Assembly: GCA_050084985.1 (NCBI GenBank)
Contig: JBITNC010000001.1
Span: 19,034,001 to 19,098,000 of the forward strand
From: Nageia nagi
Taxonomy: Eukaryota; Plantae; Pinophyta
Direction: 5' to 3'
Length of the DNA: 64,000 nt
This document shows, one piece after another, positions 52,301 to 64,000 of this stretch (positions are counted from its first letter, which is position 1; each line of letters opens with the position of its first letter). The notes under the pieces are model-generated. The model was not told the DNA's origin, did no database searches, and was given only the letters and a program-made list of their open reading frames with translations. A program made the translations under genes and the position numbers.

Positions 52301-53775
52301 TTGATTATGGTGATGAAGAAGCTATTATTGATCTTGAACAAGGGCTTGTGTTTGCATTAGATGATCTAGTTATTGAAAGAAGGAATAAGAAATTGATAAA
52401 AAAACTAGAAGATGCTAATGATGAGATTGAAGGGATGAAAGCTCAATTACAAGAATTCAAGGAAATTGAAGAAGTTTTTGGAGCATCTACAATTATTCTT
52501 TTGCACCCAAATACTTCACACATGACTCCAAGACTCTCATAAACTCAAATATATGGTGTTGGGCCATCCATAAACATGGAAGCAAGTATTTGAGGCATAT
52601 ACATATACTTTGAAATATTTTAACACCATGTATATGTTAATACAAAGAGATATTATCATTTTTTTCAATAAAGTGAGAAGCGTATTGAGTATTTACCAAT
52701 GATGTTAGGCTTGAATGTAGTGTTGGGTGATGAAGATCAATGGTGTTGAGCATGAGGGTTATGAAGTGTGTTAATATCATTATTTATAGAAATATTTATT
52801 TTTACTAATATAATGATGATGATGTGGCCAGAGTATGAATTATGTGGATCTAGGTAGCATTCCTAACCTATATAAGTGTAACAAGGCATTGATAATTTGG
52901 CTAGGTATTCATATGGATGATCGACGTATTTAGCATATGTATTCTTAGATAAATGGAGAAAATAGTGTAAATATGATAGATAACATTAGAAAATAATGGT
53001 GCAATAAAATATACTAAGTCCAATCACTAAGCAAGTAAAAAGTAGCTTTGAGGGATTCTAAGTATTGAAAAAGAAGAATGAATTGATTTCAACTCCTTAG
53101 AAGATGAGATAATGAGGAAGTGGAGTTAAGTACTAGTATGGTGAGGTGATATAATCAAATATAAAGAATTATAGTGAATGATATAAGAAATGTAATGTCA
53201 TCCTAAAATATACTAAGTTAAATGGAATGGATGAAAGAATGCAAAGTTGATCAATTTGAGGATCGGTTAGACTAAAGAATGAAAGAAGATATCGATGAAT
53301 GACAACATTCCGAAGACATACTAAAATGAACTAAGTCTAATGATGTGGATAAGAAAAGTGCAATGGAGACAAGTTAAGGCATCAATTAAGGAGAAATTGA
53401 TGCAAGAAAAGGTTGGTGGATGATGTTAGAAAATAGATGGTGTTCAAAAATACATTAGATCTAACACCCTAGATAAAGAAGCTTGAAGATAACAAAGTTA
53501 GGTACTAATGAAGGAGACAAACCAAAATTGTTACTGATAAGTGACATTAGCTATTATAAGGTTGTCCAAAAAGCACTAATTCTAGAAACTAAGTTTAAAG
53601 TTTATAGAGGTGAAGAAATTATGTACCAGGTCAAGAGAAGAAAGTGAACACTCCCAATAAGTGATGTCATCAATTATAAGACTACCAAAAATACACTAAG
53701 TTTAATGATCTATTCTAAAAGGTATGTTGGAGACCAACTAAAAGATTGATAAGATAAAGGAATCAAGGAGGAGGA
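49325..53775 (+). mobile_element. Truncated Ty1/copia element with a long (~1.9 kb) LTR, a gag remnant and a second diverged LTR copy
   Basis: Starts TGTTG at 49325. U5-like attcactcaccctcttagg motif, then decayed PBS tagtattagagt (51236-51247). Gag EGLSSNKAPLFD..YLYALGFDIW..MDEMHGSLTTYEMRI (51299-52480). Region ~49370-50075 recurs at ~53055-53775. Confidence 0.75.
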
Positions 53776-54749
53776 TGTATGTTGAAATTTATGTTATATA
53801 TGGCCTAACATGCATAAAAAAGTCGAATGCACACACAAACCTCAAATTACACAACTTTGCTTTACTTAATGAACATTAGTCAGAAATCTTGATAAAGGTT
53901 GGTTCAAATCTTTGAATATTAAGCTAAAACTTTACAAGAACATAAACAAACCCTAAATGCATATTAATGGGAAGGGGGATCTCCAAACCTAGGCCCTTTG
54001 AGGTACCTAAGTGAGCATTAAGTGATTCTCCATACTTCAAATGGCATGTGAGCCACTAAGCCCTCAAATCATTGGGAACAAATGAATTATATATGCCTAT
54101 TGTGCAAATACTTATGTCTATATACTCTTTGGACAATTTCTATGGTGAATTTAAACTATAGAAGCAATCGTTACATGTTTTGATGGCTAAAATTGATATC
54201 TAACACATTAAAACCTTGAAAATCTTAAATGTTTGAAATGAGATCTTTAAATATCCTTCAATCAATTAGATTTAAATATACCATGAGATCTAATTAGTGT
54301 TTACAATGTATGCTTAAGCTAGTATGAGATCAAACAATGATTTGAATGGTGGAAATGCAAGATAATTTGATTTTAACCTAAATAATATACTACATACATA
54401 CAATTTTATGGGGGATACAAAAGGTAAGTCTTCCCAAGCTCTTCCATGGTTGTATTGCATTCAAGCCCTACAAAAACCTTGAATACATACATTAATAATT
54501 TAATTCAACCATGGAAACACCATAGAAATGTTACCTCATGAATGTGGAAGCAAGCTTTAAGAGATTTGATGGGCTAGATACCTAATTTTATTCATAATTA
54601 TGTTTTGAGTTACTTTTTGCTATATTTTGAACTTTTGAGTAGTTTGACTTTGCACAATAAACATTAAGAATAAATCAATCAATGAGTTACAATATGTTTA
54701 TATCATAAAAATATATCTACTCAAAAAGTGTTATTTTTTAGTGTCTACA
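53776..54749 (-). repeat. 3' LTR of the Tat/Ogre-like element
   Basis: The minus strand begins TGTAGACACTAAAAA after the PPT (same style as the LTR at 25300) and ends ...TTTCAACATACA. Confidence 0.7.
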
Positions 54750-54824
54750 TTTTTCCCTTGTTGGACTAGATATTTTGCACAAAATACTTAGTTCAACAAG
54801 TGTAGATACCTGGATATTAGTTGA

Positions 54825-55300
54825 GAAAACATTTGTAATTTGAACATTTTGAAATTTGAACATTTGAACAAAATTTAAATAATTTGAAATAATTTAAACT
54901 TTGAACAATTTGAATACTTTGAAAAAATATGTAAAAATAATGCATTCATTGTGGAAAAAAGTATAAAAATTTGGAACAAATATGAATAGGGATTCAAATT
55001 TTGTATTCATCAAATTTGAACCCTAAATAATGTGTTCTTGGAGGTGAAAAAATTATAAAAATTGGAACAAATATGAAGAGGAATTTGAATGTAGTATTCA
55101 TCAAATTCAAATCCTAAACAATGTATTCTTAGAATATTTGGAACAAATATGGATAATAATTTGAATGTACCTTGCCACAATTCAAATTCTAATCAATATG
55201 TTCTTGGGAAATTTGAAACAAATATACGTAGCAATTTGAATGTAGTATTCATCAAATTCAAATGTTATGCAATGTGTTCATGGAGGTAGGAATTTGAAAC
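54825..55300. repeat. Tandem repeats in the element's 3' UTR (short tttgaaca units, then four ~70-95-bp units)
   Basis: Recurring ggaacaaatatg..aatttgaatgtagtattcatcaaattcaaa..aatgtgttctt. Confidence 0.75.
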
Positions 55301-57251
55301 ACTTATATAGTATTTGATGATCAAATGCATAAAACCTATCATATCTCTTTATTTATCATCTTTAAACCATTTTCAACAATTGTATATAGAATAAATTGTA
55401 AACAATACTTGTATATAGAATTATAATTTGTAAATAATATTTTTAAACAATTTTTAATAGTTAATAATAGAGAGATATGAATTATTTTTAATAGTTGTAT
55501 ATCGAATGTAGTATTGCTAAATAATTTAGAAATCTAAACATTTAAACAATTTGTAATTTTGAAAAAATTGAAATTAGATGGAAATTCAATAACTTTTAAC
55601 AACTTTGCAATTTTTGTAATAAAAAACATTTTTCAAGGTAAAAATTTAATTTTTTTCATTTTTGTAAAAAAGAATTTGGAAACATTTAAACAATCAGGTG
55701 GTTCTCCCTCCCCTCAAGTGATATCACATTGATCATAATGATCAATACAAGATCAATTAAAAAAGCAAGAATTGTGTGTGACAATTTGTGAAAAATTGGC
55801 ACATTTAATGTTTTTGTCACTCTTCTTTTTTTGTTACACTAACATAATTTGGAAATAAAGAATGGGGTGAAAAAATATATTTCGAACAAGCTTGGGCCCA
55901 CCCACAGGCTAAAAATTCAAGCTTGGACTTAAAAATAGTCAAAAAATGGGTAAATAAGTAAGAAAATTACCCTTTTTTACTCCATTTGTCACATGTACAA
56001 GGTGGAATTATGGTGGAAAGTGAGTAATCGATCGAGATGGAAGCAAATGATGCACCTCCAGCTCATATAATCATCTATCAATAATGCTTGGGATGCCAGG
56101 TAGGCCTGAAAATATAGATTACCTATTTTTTATGTAATTTTTGAATTTTTTAATGTATTTTAGTTAAAAAAGAATGTAGAAATGTGCATTTTCTTGTTAA
56201 AAATCCAAAATGCCCCAATCTGGTCATATAAACACAAAAATTAAATAATTATATGATAGAAAAAATCCCCTAAAATGGAATTTCCAAAATAAACTAAATC
56301 AAAAGATATTTGAATTCCAAAAAATGCTCAACAAGAGGGTTTAAGAGGGTTTTTTGCTTGTTGTGCACAAACAGTGGGTTAGATTCAAATTACGTTTGAT
56401 ACCCACCTAGTTTGTTACAATGCATGACTTATATATAGAACCATATTCTCAAAAAATTGATCAATTCCATTAAAAATTTGGTTTTTTCCCAAAAAAGACA
56501 TGAAACAAGGGTTTTTTTAATTTGAATTTTAGAAATATGTCCAAATCCAAGCATCAAATTGCAAAATGGATAGGAACCCACATAGTTTTTTTTACCCCAA
56601 TTAAAGGGTTATTTCTCATATTTAATGCTCTGTAAATTGAACTGAATCTCATTTTTTGCAATTTTACCAAATTTTGCAAGTTTGATCAATTTTGTCCAAA
56701 GAATGTAATTTTGATAACTTTTTTGAAAAAATGTCAAGTTGGTTGTTATAAGTTCAAGGAATTAGTTGGTTGGTGTCATAAGACACTAAAAGTTGATTTA
56801 ATGCCAAAAAATGTAGATTTCTTGTTGATTTAATGTAATTGTACAAAATTTAATAATTGCTCATGTTGGATTCAAATTTGCTTTTCTTGTAAAAAGAACT
56901 TCAAATGCAAAATTTCATTTTGTTGTTGCACTCTTTCTTACTAACTAGCATAAATTTTATGAATTTGTTAGGTAAATGTATCATCCAAGCTATTAGTATG
57001 GTTTACCCTAAGGAAATAATTAGTAGTCATGCTTTTGTGTAAATTTTGAAATGTACCTCATATACATTACTGAGAAGTTTGCAACTTTTACCATGTAAGC
57101 AAGTATTTTTAATGCAAGTTTAACAATTTCTACTACCATGATGCTAGGTATAAGATGCCCCAGTGTGAATTGGGACATACCTTGTTTACACATACTATAA
57201 TTTAATTTGGAGTACTCTAAAGAAAAAATGTGTATTAGATAATATTTGGAC

Positions 57252-59190
57252 ATGATGACATACCATTTACTATGGAGACAATATCACAATGATGAAAAAA
57301 ATATTTTTGGAATACTTACAAATGCAAATTTGATTTTGGTGATAAATAGACTAGGTGGTACAAATGGTAACATGAAAAATTGAGTTTACTTTGTTAGTTT
57401 GATAGCTGAATGATACTCTATGCATGTGACACTAGTTTTGTAAGCTCTATGTGTAGATTCAAGGAGAGATGTTAGCACCAAAGTGGATATGATTGCATAG
57501 TGTAGGTCTAGGATACACAAGCATCATACATAAGGTTGTGGTGAATTTTAGGTACATTATAATCTTATGTGAGTGGTGGGACTCTTACACCAACACTTTT
57601 CATCTTCTAGTGAGAGAGTGTACTATGAATTTAGAGGATGTTTGGTAGATTCTCAAGATTTCTATGGAGGGTGCACCTATGATTAGGTTATCAGACAAGG
57701 TGATAGCCATCAAGATAGTTGGTCATTGCTACCATATGCTATAGTGGGGAGGAGTAGGATTCTACTATGAGCATGCATATGATGTTAGGATCATAGATAT
57801 AATGATATGCTTCATGATGATGGTCATCATGTTCTTTATGCTACTAGATGCTTTAAGGTGTAGGTTCCCTTGGAAGTTTTGTTAGGTTTTAAGGAGATGC
57901 AAGAGGATATTTAGGTGTTCACATGGGGACCATTCTTCCTAGGCTAGCTCTACTATGAGTTATGGGAGATGGATATAGAGGTACACATAGGCATGCTTCT
58001 CATTATTTCTACAAGTGTGGGTTTGGGGACATGTCGTAGTGGCACAACCAATAGGTCTACTCTTTGATATACATACTCATGATGCTCTTTGTTTTTAGGA
58101 GCCTAACATAGAGTGTCCCTACATGATGTGTTAGTGACATCACTATGAGCCCCAAACTATATGTATGAGAGGTGGTTAGGTGGCTTATTTCAAAAACATA
58201 TTTAGGAGACTTCAACATAGAGACATGATCTGGAGGCCATACAAAGGTGGACCATTTTTGGATGAGTATATGATATAGCTAGATTGTACTAGGTGAATGA
58301 CATGGGTACTTATCCATAGGGATCATATAAAGTTTTTTTGAGTACCATCGATTGCTCAAGGATTTCAAATAGATACAGGATTTACCTCTCAAGTTAATGG
58401 TGTATCATAGATCAAATGGTAGAGATGGGAACCATGAGCTTATGTACCAAGAGACATACATAAATGTGGACAGTGATGAAGAGTAGGCCAAAGACCAAGA
58501 TGATAAAGGCTATATAAAGTCCTACACTAGATGGAGGATTACTTGATATTCTAACTAGGTCAAGGAGGAGGGTGTGAAGGATGAGGGTTAGCCCTTGTAG
58601 AGATAGGTAAAATGTAGATATAGGTCCCCCCAACATGATGAGGGAGGTCCTACAAGGATATTCAATGTTATATTAGTGATATCAAAGGAGCAGATAGCAT
58701 ACCTAGATCACCAACTAGCAAAGAGAGAGCAAATCATAAAGTAGAGTAGGTAGCATGAGCAGAAGAGTCAGCTCTGAGAGGTTGAGCTCCATCAATAGGT
58801 ATAGGATTTAGAGAAGCACATGTAGGAGCATGAATAGAGGCTAGAGACTAGGTATCCAAATAGCATTAAACCTAGTCAGAGAGAGCTAGATATGTCATAG
58901 ACCATAGTGAGCCTAAGTTATGACTAGATGACCTATGCAAACATCTAAAGAGATAGGATAGGTAGGTTTGCATTTATGAGAAGAAGTTTATATGAAGGAC
59001 CATTCCATTTCTAGGCATTCCTTCTAGGACATACACATAGAGTAGAACCTACAAGACATAAGGGACACACAGTGCCTCCATGAGTACACATGCAACAAGC
59101 TCATCACATATGACCTCCCATCCATATGAAAGGACTATACATACAAGGGGGAGAGTTCTTCCTGATAGCTTTGAGGATGGATGATCATGA
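57252..59190 (+). pseudogene. Plant Mobile Domain (PMD) protein pseudogene with coiled-coil-like C-terminus, antisense to the Tat/Ogre gag
   Basis: LHSVGLGYTSIIHKVVVNFRYIIILCEWWDSYTNTFHLLVRECTMNLEDVW*ILKISMEG (57493-57672), FTWGPFFLG*LYYEL and MIWRPY are canonical PMD motifs. Possible short intron at ~57367-57444. Confidence 0.85.
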
Positions 59191-59286
59191 TGAGACACAC
59201 AATTTGACTAGTTAGACTACATAGCCTATATTAGACATAAGATACAAGTGTATGTCATCAGAGTACTCTAGATGGCTTATATCACC

Positions 59287-59399
<113 letters not shown>

Positions 59400-61029
59400 C
59401 CACACACAATGGTTTGCTTACATGTGTTGATTCAAAATCATGATGAATGTATTTATGTTACTTTTTTTTATTACAATGATTATGGTATCTGATGGTTCAA
59501 TTCATGCATGCTTTTATTATTACACATATGAGATGGTTATGATGGATTTATTTTATTTTTGTTTTAGATGAATGGGTTTTAATGTTTAAAAAATGAAAAC
59601 TAAAATATGATGGTATGATATAGGTTTTTTGGTATCAAGTTCCATTTTAATATCTTGAATGAGATCTTTTTCCTCCCATTTTGTGGAATAATGTGAGGAA
59701 ATCCATTCAACGATACCAACCCATAGTGAGAAACATGAGAACATGAATGATTGGCAACTGTGAAATACAATATGTGGATATAATGATCAATGAAAATAGG
59801 TTTAAAACTAACTTCCATCTAAATGTGTAAGATGAACTCAAGCCCTAACCAGACTAGGAAGGATGTGTCATCTAACGATTCCATAACTTTTACAAATTAT
59901 TAAGAAAATACAACTAAAAACTAAGCAAGCACATGAAACTGGAGACAAGACAAGTCATTGATGCTAGGAATGAGTGACTAGTGGTTCTTGTATCCCTAAA
60001 AAAGGTAAGAAATACTAAAAGCAAGAGATCATCCAAGTATCAATTCTAGATGTTAAGATCCAGCTTGATAAAATAAAACTTTAGAAGATAAAATGAGATC
60101 CTTATAGCTACTTAGTATAGCATGCATAGGAATCCTTCTTAGGTAGGCACAAAAACTAAAAAGCAAAGTCAAACAAGATTGACTCTCACTACAGAATGAT
60201 GGCAACAACAAGATGAAAATAAGACATTAATGAATTTATGAGATGATGAAGATAGATATTTTTTAGAATTTTTTATCTTTTTAGGAATATAAGATGCAAG
60301 AGAACTAGAAACAAGATAAAAAAAGTGAAGGACCAAGTCACCCCCAATCAGTAAAATAAAGAATCAAAAGCAAGAGACAAGGATAAAATGATAGAGACAT
60401 CAACCTTGTTGACTTGTTTGAATAGATGAGGAATAGAACAATGAGACATTAGAGAAGAGGGTGCTTCACATATCAAGTCCTCATGAGGGGAGGAAAGTTC
60501 CTCATAGTCTCCCTCATCCTCTATCTCATGAATTTGGGTTATGGCTATTATTTCTCAAGGACCCTTAAAACCAAGGTCTTGTTTGTCTTTATCACCTTAA
60601 GTAGGTAGTTGTGTAACATGAATCATGCCTTTCTCATATCAACCCAAGCCAAAGCCTTGCAACATTATGCATAATAGAGAATAATTGTAAATTAGATAAT
60701 ATAAAGAATTTGTATATTTAAATATTTTGAATATCCAAACATCGAAGATAGCACCATTTAGCCCAACATTTACAAGTATAAAAAAATTAGGCCAACTTGC
60801 CAATATTTTAAATTTAAAAAAAAATTATGAGTGCAAATAGCCACTTATACGTCCTATATTTTTGTAAGAAATCACCTTGAAATTATAAATACTTTACTAA
60901 TTACTAATGCAATCACCAATTATACACTCTATACATACTTTATACAATATGATAAAATATATACCTACATTTTAATTTCTCAACTTATAGAGTAATCAAA
61001 CTGTTTCAATTTGATGATCATTTTACATT

Positions 61030-61295
61030 TCTAAGGAATTGCAAATGCTTGTCACCAAAATATTGCAAACATTCATCATCTAAAGATTGCAATATGCTCA
61101 TCACCTGAATATTTCATATGCTCATTAATTAAGGATTGTAGATGTTCATCACTTAAGGATTATAGGCACTCATCACCTAAGGTATGCAAATGCTCATCAC
61201 CTAAGGGTTGCAAATGCTCATCACCTAAGGATTGCAAATGCTTGTTACCTTAAGATTAAATATACTCATCACCTTAAGATTACATATTCTCATCA
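61030..61295. repeat. 24-bp minisatellite GCAAATGCTCATCACCTAAGGATT, about 11 units
   Basis: Directly visible tandem units with no unique spacers. Confidence 0.9.
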
Positions 61296-61915
61296 ATTTC
61301 TATAGCCCATAACTATTTTACATGTTTAAAATTGATGCAAATGATATACCATTGGATAAATCTCTAAAAGATATTTAAAATGAGTGGTCACATGACCCTT
61401 TTGTGCAAGGAATGAGTCATCAAAGGCCAAAAATGTAGATGATCATGGGGGTAGAAGGAGAGGATACTTAGAGGATAAACCCTTGCAAGCATCTAATCCA
61501 CCTAACTTCTTAATAATATGGGGAAGAAATTCTTTCCCACTATCTTGATCTTTGATTTATAAGGAATAAAGGTTGGGAAGCAGATATTGATGTGATAGGG
61601 TTAAGCTACCTATACCACTTAACAGATCATGATTGGAGTGATGGCAAAGACATTGTGTTGATTTCTCAATTGTACCTTGATTGAATCAGTTGAGCTTGGT
61701 GCCCATTATAATCGCTCTACACATAGGGTGTCTAGGGGCCTAATATACATCTATATTTTATTGCATATGATTGTATGCATTTTTTACCTTTGAAGACTCA
61801 TTCCTTGCTCAAAATAGGTCATGTGATAACTCATTTTAAATTTATTCTAAATATATATCCAATGGTATATCACTTGCATGGATATGATACCTATAAAAAA
61901 TGCTATGGGCTTTAT
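61295..61915. repeat. Long inverted repeat (arms ~61295-61440 and ~61775-61915, ~335-bp spacer)
   Basis: tgatataccattggata..tttaaaatgagt..tcacatgacc..gcaaggaatgagtc.tcaaagg recurs as its reverse complement at 61781-61880. Confidence 0.85.
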
Positions 61916-62217
61916 AAAGTCAATATAATCATTTGTATTAAATTCTAAAGATGTTCATATGCATCTTCACTTGTTGAGATGGTCATCTTTAATTACTTTA
62001 AGATGTATAAATGTATTACTATATGGTAGTCTCTACTTATATTTAGATGTCCATAATAAACTAAATATCAATATAATATCAGCAACACTTTACAACTTAA
62101 AAAAAATATTTATTTCACCACTTACTCTATACGATTTTCATACAATTTTTCCATGACTCTAAGTCTAATTTGTTATATTTTGAAATTTTTTATTTCACCA
62201 TCATTTTTTATGCATAA

Positions 62218-64000
62218 CATTGAAGCCCTACCATTTACACTTGGAAAAGTAGTGATGAATGAAGGAAGGTCTAGATAAATAACCATGTTTACATGAAAAA
62301 GCTTATTTTGATGCGACCTTAAGAACTTTATAAAAGGGAAAATATGGACCTACATAAACAAAGCAAGTTTGGTTATCTAATTGACCAAGTGGTACCAAAG
62401 TACTAATGGCTATGGGAGACTCAGATTGAAGACCTACATCATGAATGGATAAGGTGTTGAATAGAATTTCATCGATGGTATACTCACTGAGACTAACATT
62501 TTTGAATTGGACATCCACTCAAGAGATATGATCATGATCATCTATGGATTCCTCTTTCTTTTATTTTTTAGTTACAACTTAAAGGTCCTCTTTTATTGTA
62601 TTCCCCTCCTCTATTTGAGTAATTATACTTAGTTCACACATAGAGGAGTTGTTTTATTTCAAATTTTTATCTAGGTATGTTATTCATGCTTTCTAAGAGA
62701 TTCCTTCTTGAATTGTAGGGGAAAGTATCATGAGGGTATCTTGCTTATCCTGCCCATAAATGTTTATTGGATTATTATATTTTTGTGTATCTATGGAGAT
62801 TTGTTCAATTTTAGGTGGTACTATCTTATTAATTGATTCAAATTTTACTTATTGATATTTTTCATTAATAATAGCACCAAGAGATAATGGATCTTGGTTA
62901 ATATGGATAATCTCAAGAAATATGTGAGTAGATGGAAGGATAGGACCATTAGGTAGATTAATAAGGTTATAATGGCTGAAAGATTTCTCATCCATATATA
63001 TGTAATGTACAACCCCATCCTTAAGATATTTTATACAACCATGCAATGTGGAAGGGATGCACTCCATCTCTCTAATCCAAGGCCTACCAAGTAGGAAATT
63101 GTACTATTGTTCTCCCTCTATCACTTGAAAGCAAGAATGAATGGTATTGGATCCCACCAAGATAAGCAAAATGATGCTACCCAATGTGTTGCATGATTGA
63201 TTATTGAAATATTGCAGAATAACTATAGGGCCCTTAAGATGTGATAAAGGTATGCTAAGATTTTACAATGCCAATGAAGAGACGATACTGATGGGTGATC
63301 TACCATCTATAAGTAACCTCTTAAAATATTTTCCTTTTATGTGGTAAATAATGTGCAAGGGAGGATCCTTATACTTATGATTTATAATATTTAAAATCTC
63401 ATGCTGAAAGAATGGAATGAATGGCTCTACATTCACTTGCACACTCCTAATAAAGTTGATAAAATCATTGAGATTTAAGGCATCCAACTCTGTATTTCAC
63501 AAAATTTGATCCAAAGCCTCCCTATATTGATGAGAATTCTTTATTAGGTCCCATAGAGAGAATTTGATGGGGCTAAGTCTCAACTACTACTCCAAGTCAC
63601 TCTGTAACTTCTCCTTAATACCTCATTATGCTAGAGAAGTAGGAGGAGGAATATGATTTGGTATATTAATGTCCACTCCCATCTCATCATGACTTCATCA
63701 TTGTCCATTTCCTTTGCCTCTATACTGGTTAGCCCTGGTGGCAATATTAACCATACACATAAAGTGCATTTGTGCTTGTGCCTATTTAGCTTACCTAACT
63801 TGTTATTGTGTTTAATAATTATAAAGTACATTCTAAGTAGGTTGATTTTAATGCCTAGTAGTACCAACTAATATACTTGTAAATTGATGTAAGGATACAA
63901 AAAGGTACCATTAAGAACTAACTTCCTTGAATCTATGAATCTTTGAATGACCTTATGTAGATAGATGTAATGGTAAGTTTAATCTTTATACCATAGTTTG
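62218..64000 (-). pseudogene. Tat/Ogre-type gag C-terminus, aspartic protease and downstream region (decayed)
   Basis: PPLHIIYHIKGKYFKRLLIDGRSPISIVS (protease active-site region) and LLGRPWIREMECIPSTLHGCIKY. Confidence 0.85.

Larger units (their letters stand above)
60675..62207. mobile_element. Non-coding insertion, possibly MULE-type, splitting the G-patch region of the Tat/Ogre element
   Basis: 10-bp flanking direct repeat TTATGCATAA at 60665-60674 and 62208-62217. Removing the insert rejoins G-patch-like sequence (..GFNVMH../QGFGLG*YEKG on the minus strand). Terminal inverted similarity is weak. Confidence 0.55.

Noticed and set aside
61030-61295. 24-bp repeat array as a possible CRISPR (likewise the 21-bp arrays)
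   Set aside because: The units are contiguous with no unique spacers, there are no cas genes, and the context is eukaryotic TE sequence.

Overview
AT-rich, strongly CpG-depleted eukaryotic DNA made almost entirely of decayed, nested plant transposable elements. The element types and decay pattern suggest a large, heavily methylated seed-plant genome, possibly a gymnosperm (inference). I find no intact host gene, rRNA, tRNA or CRISPR array. Left to right: (1) an ORF1-only L1-like element with a poly(A) tail sitting in an intron of a spliced CACTA transposase pseudogene; (2) LINE RT scraps; (3) a Ty3/gypsy pol relic interrupted by two non-autonomous LTR elements; (4) a candidate ~19 kb hAT-type DNA transposon (about 8.4 kb once three nested insertions are removed) that carries a hAT transposase and a convergent, intron-containing Plant Mobile Domain (PMD)-like gene, with three arrays of one 21-bp palindromic motif in its non-coding parts; (5) a tRNA-derived SINE candidate; (6) a five-level nest: CRM-like gypsy > CACTA > copia > non-autonomous Tat/Ogre-like element with an antisense PMD ORF > MULE-like insertion. 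The two most interesting observations are the hAT + PMD + motif-array architecture, which recalls the VANDAL/VANC anti-silencing layout, and two diverged, colinear ORF1-only 'half-L1' copies, one bounded by a perfect 15-bp TSD. All translations and alignments were done by eye and need computational confirmation.
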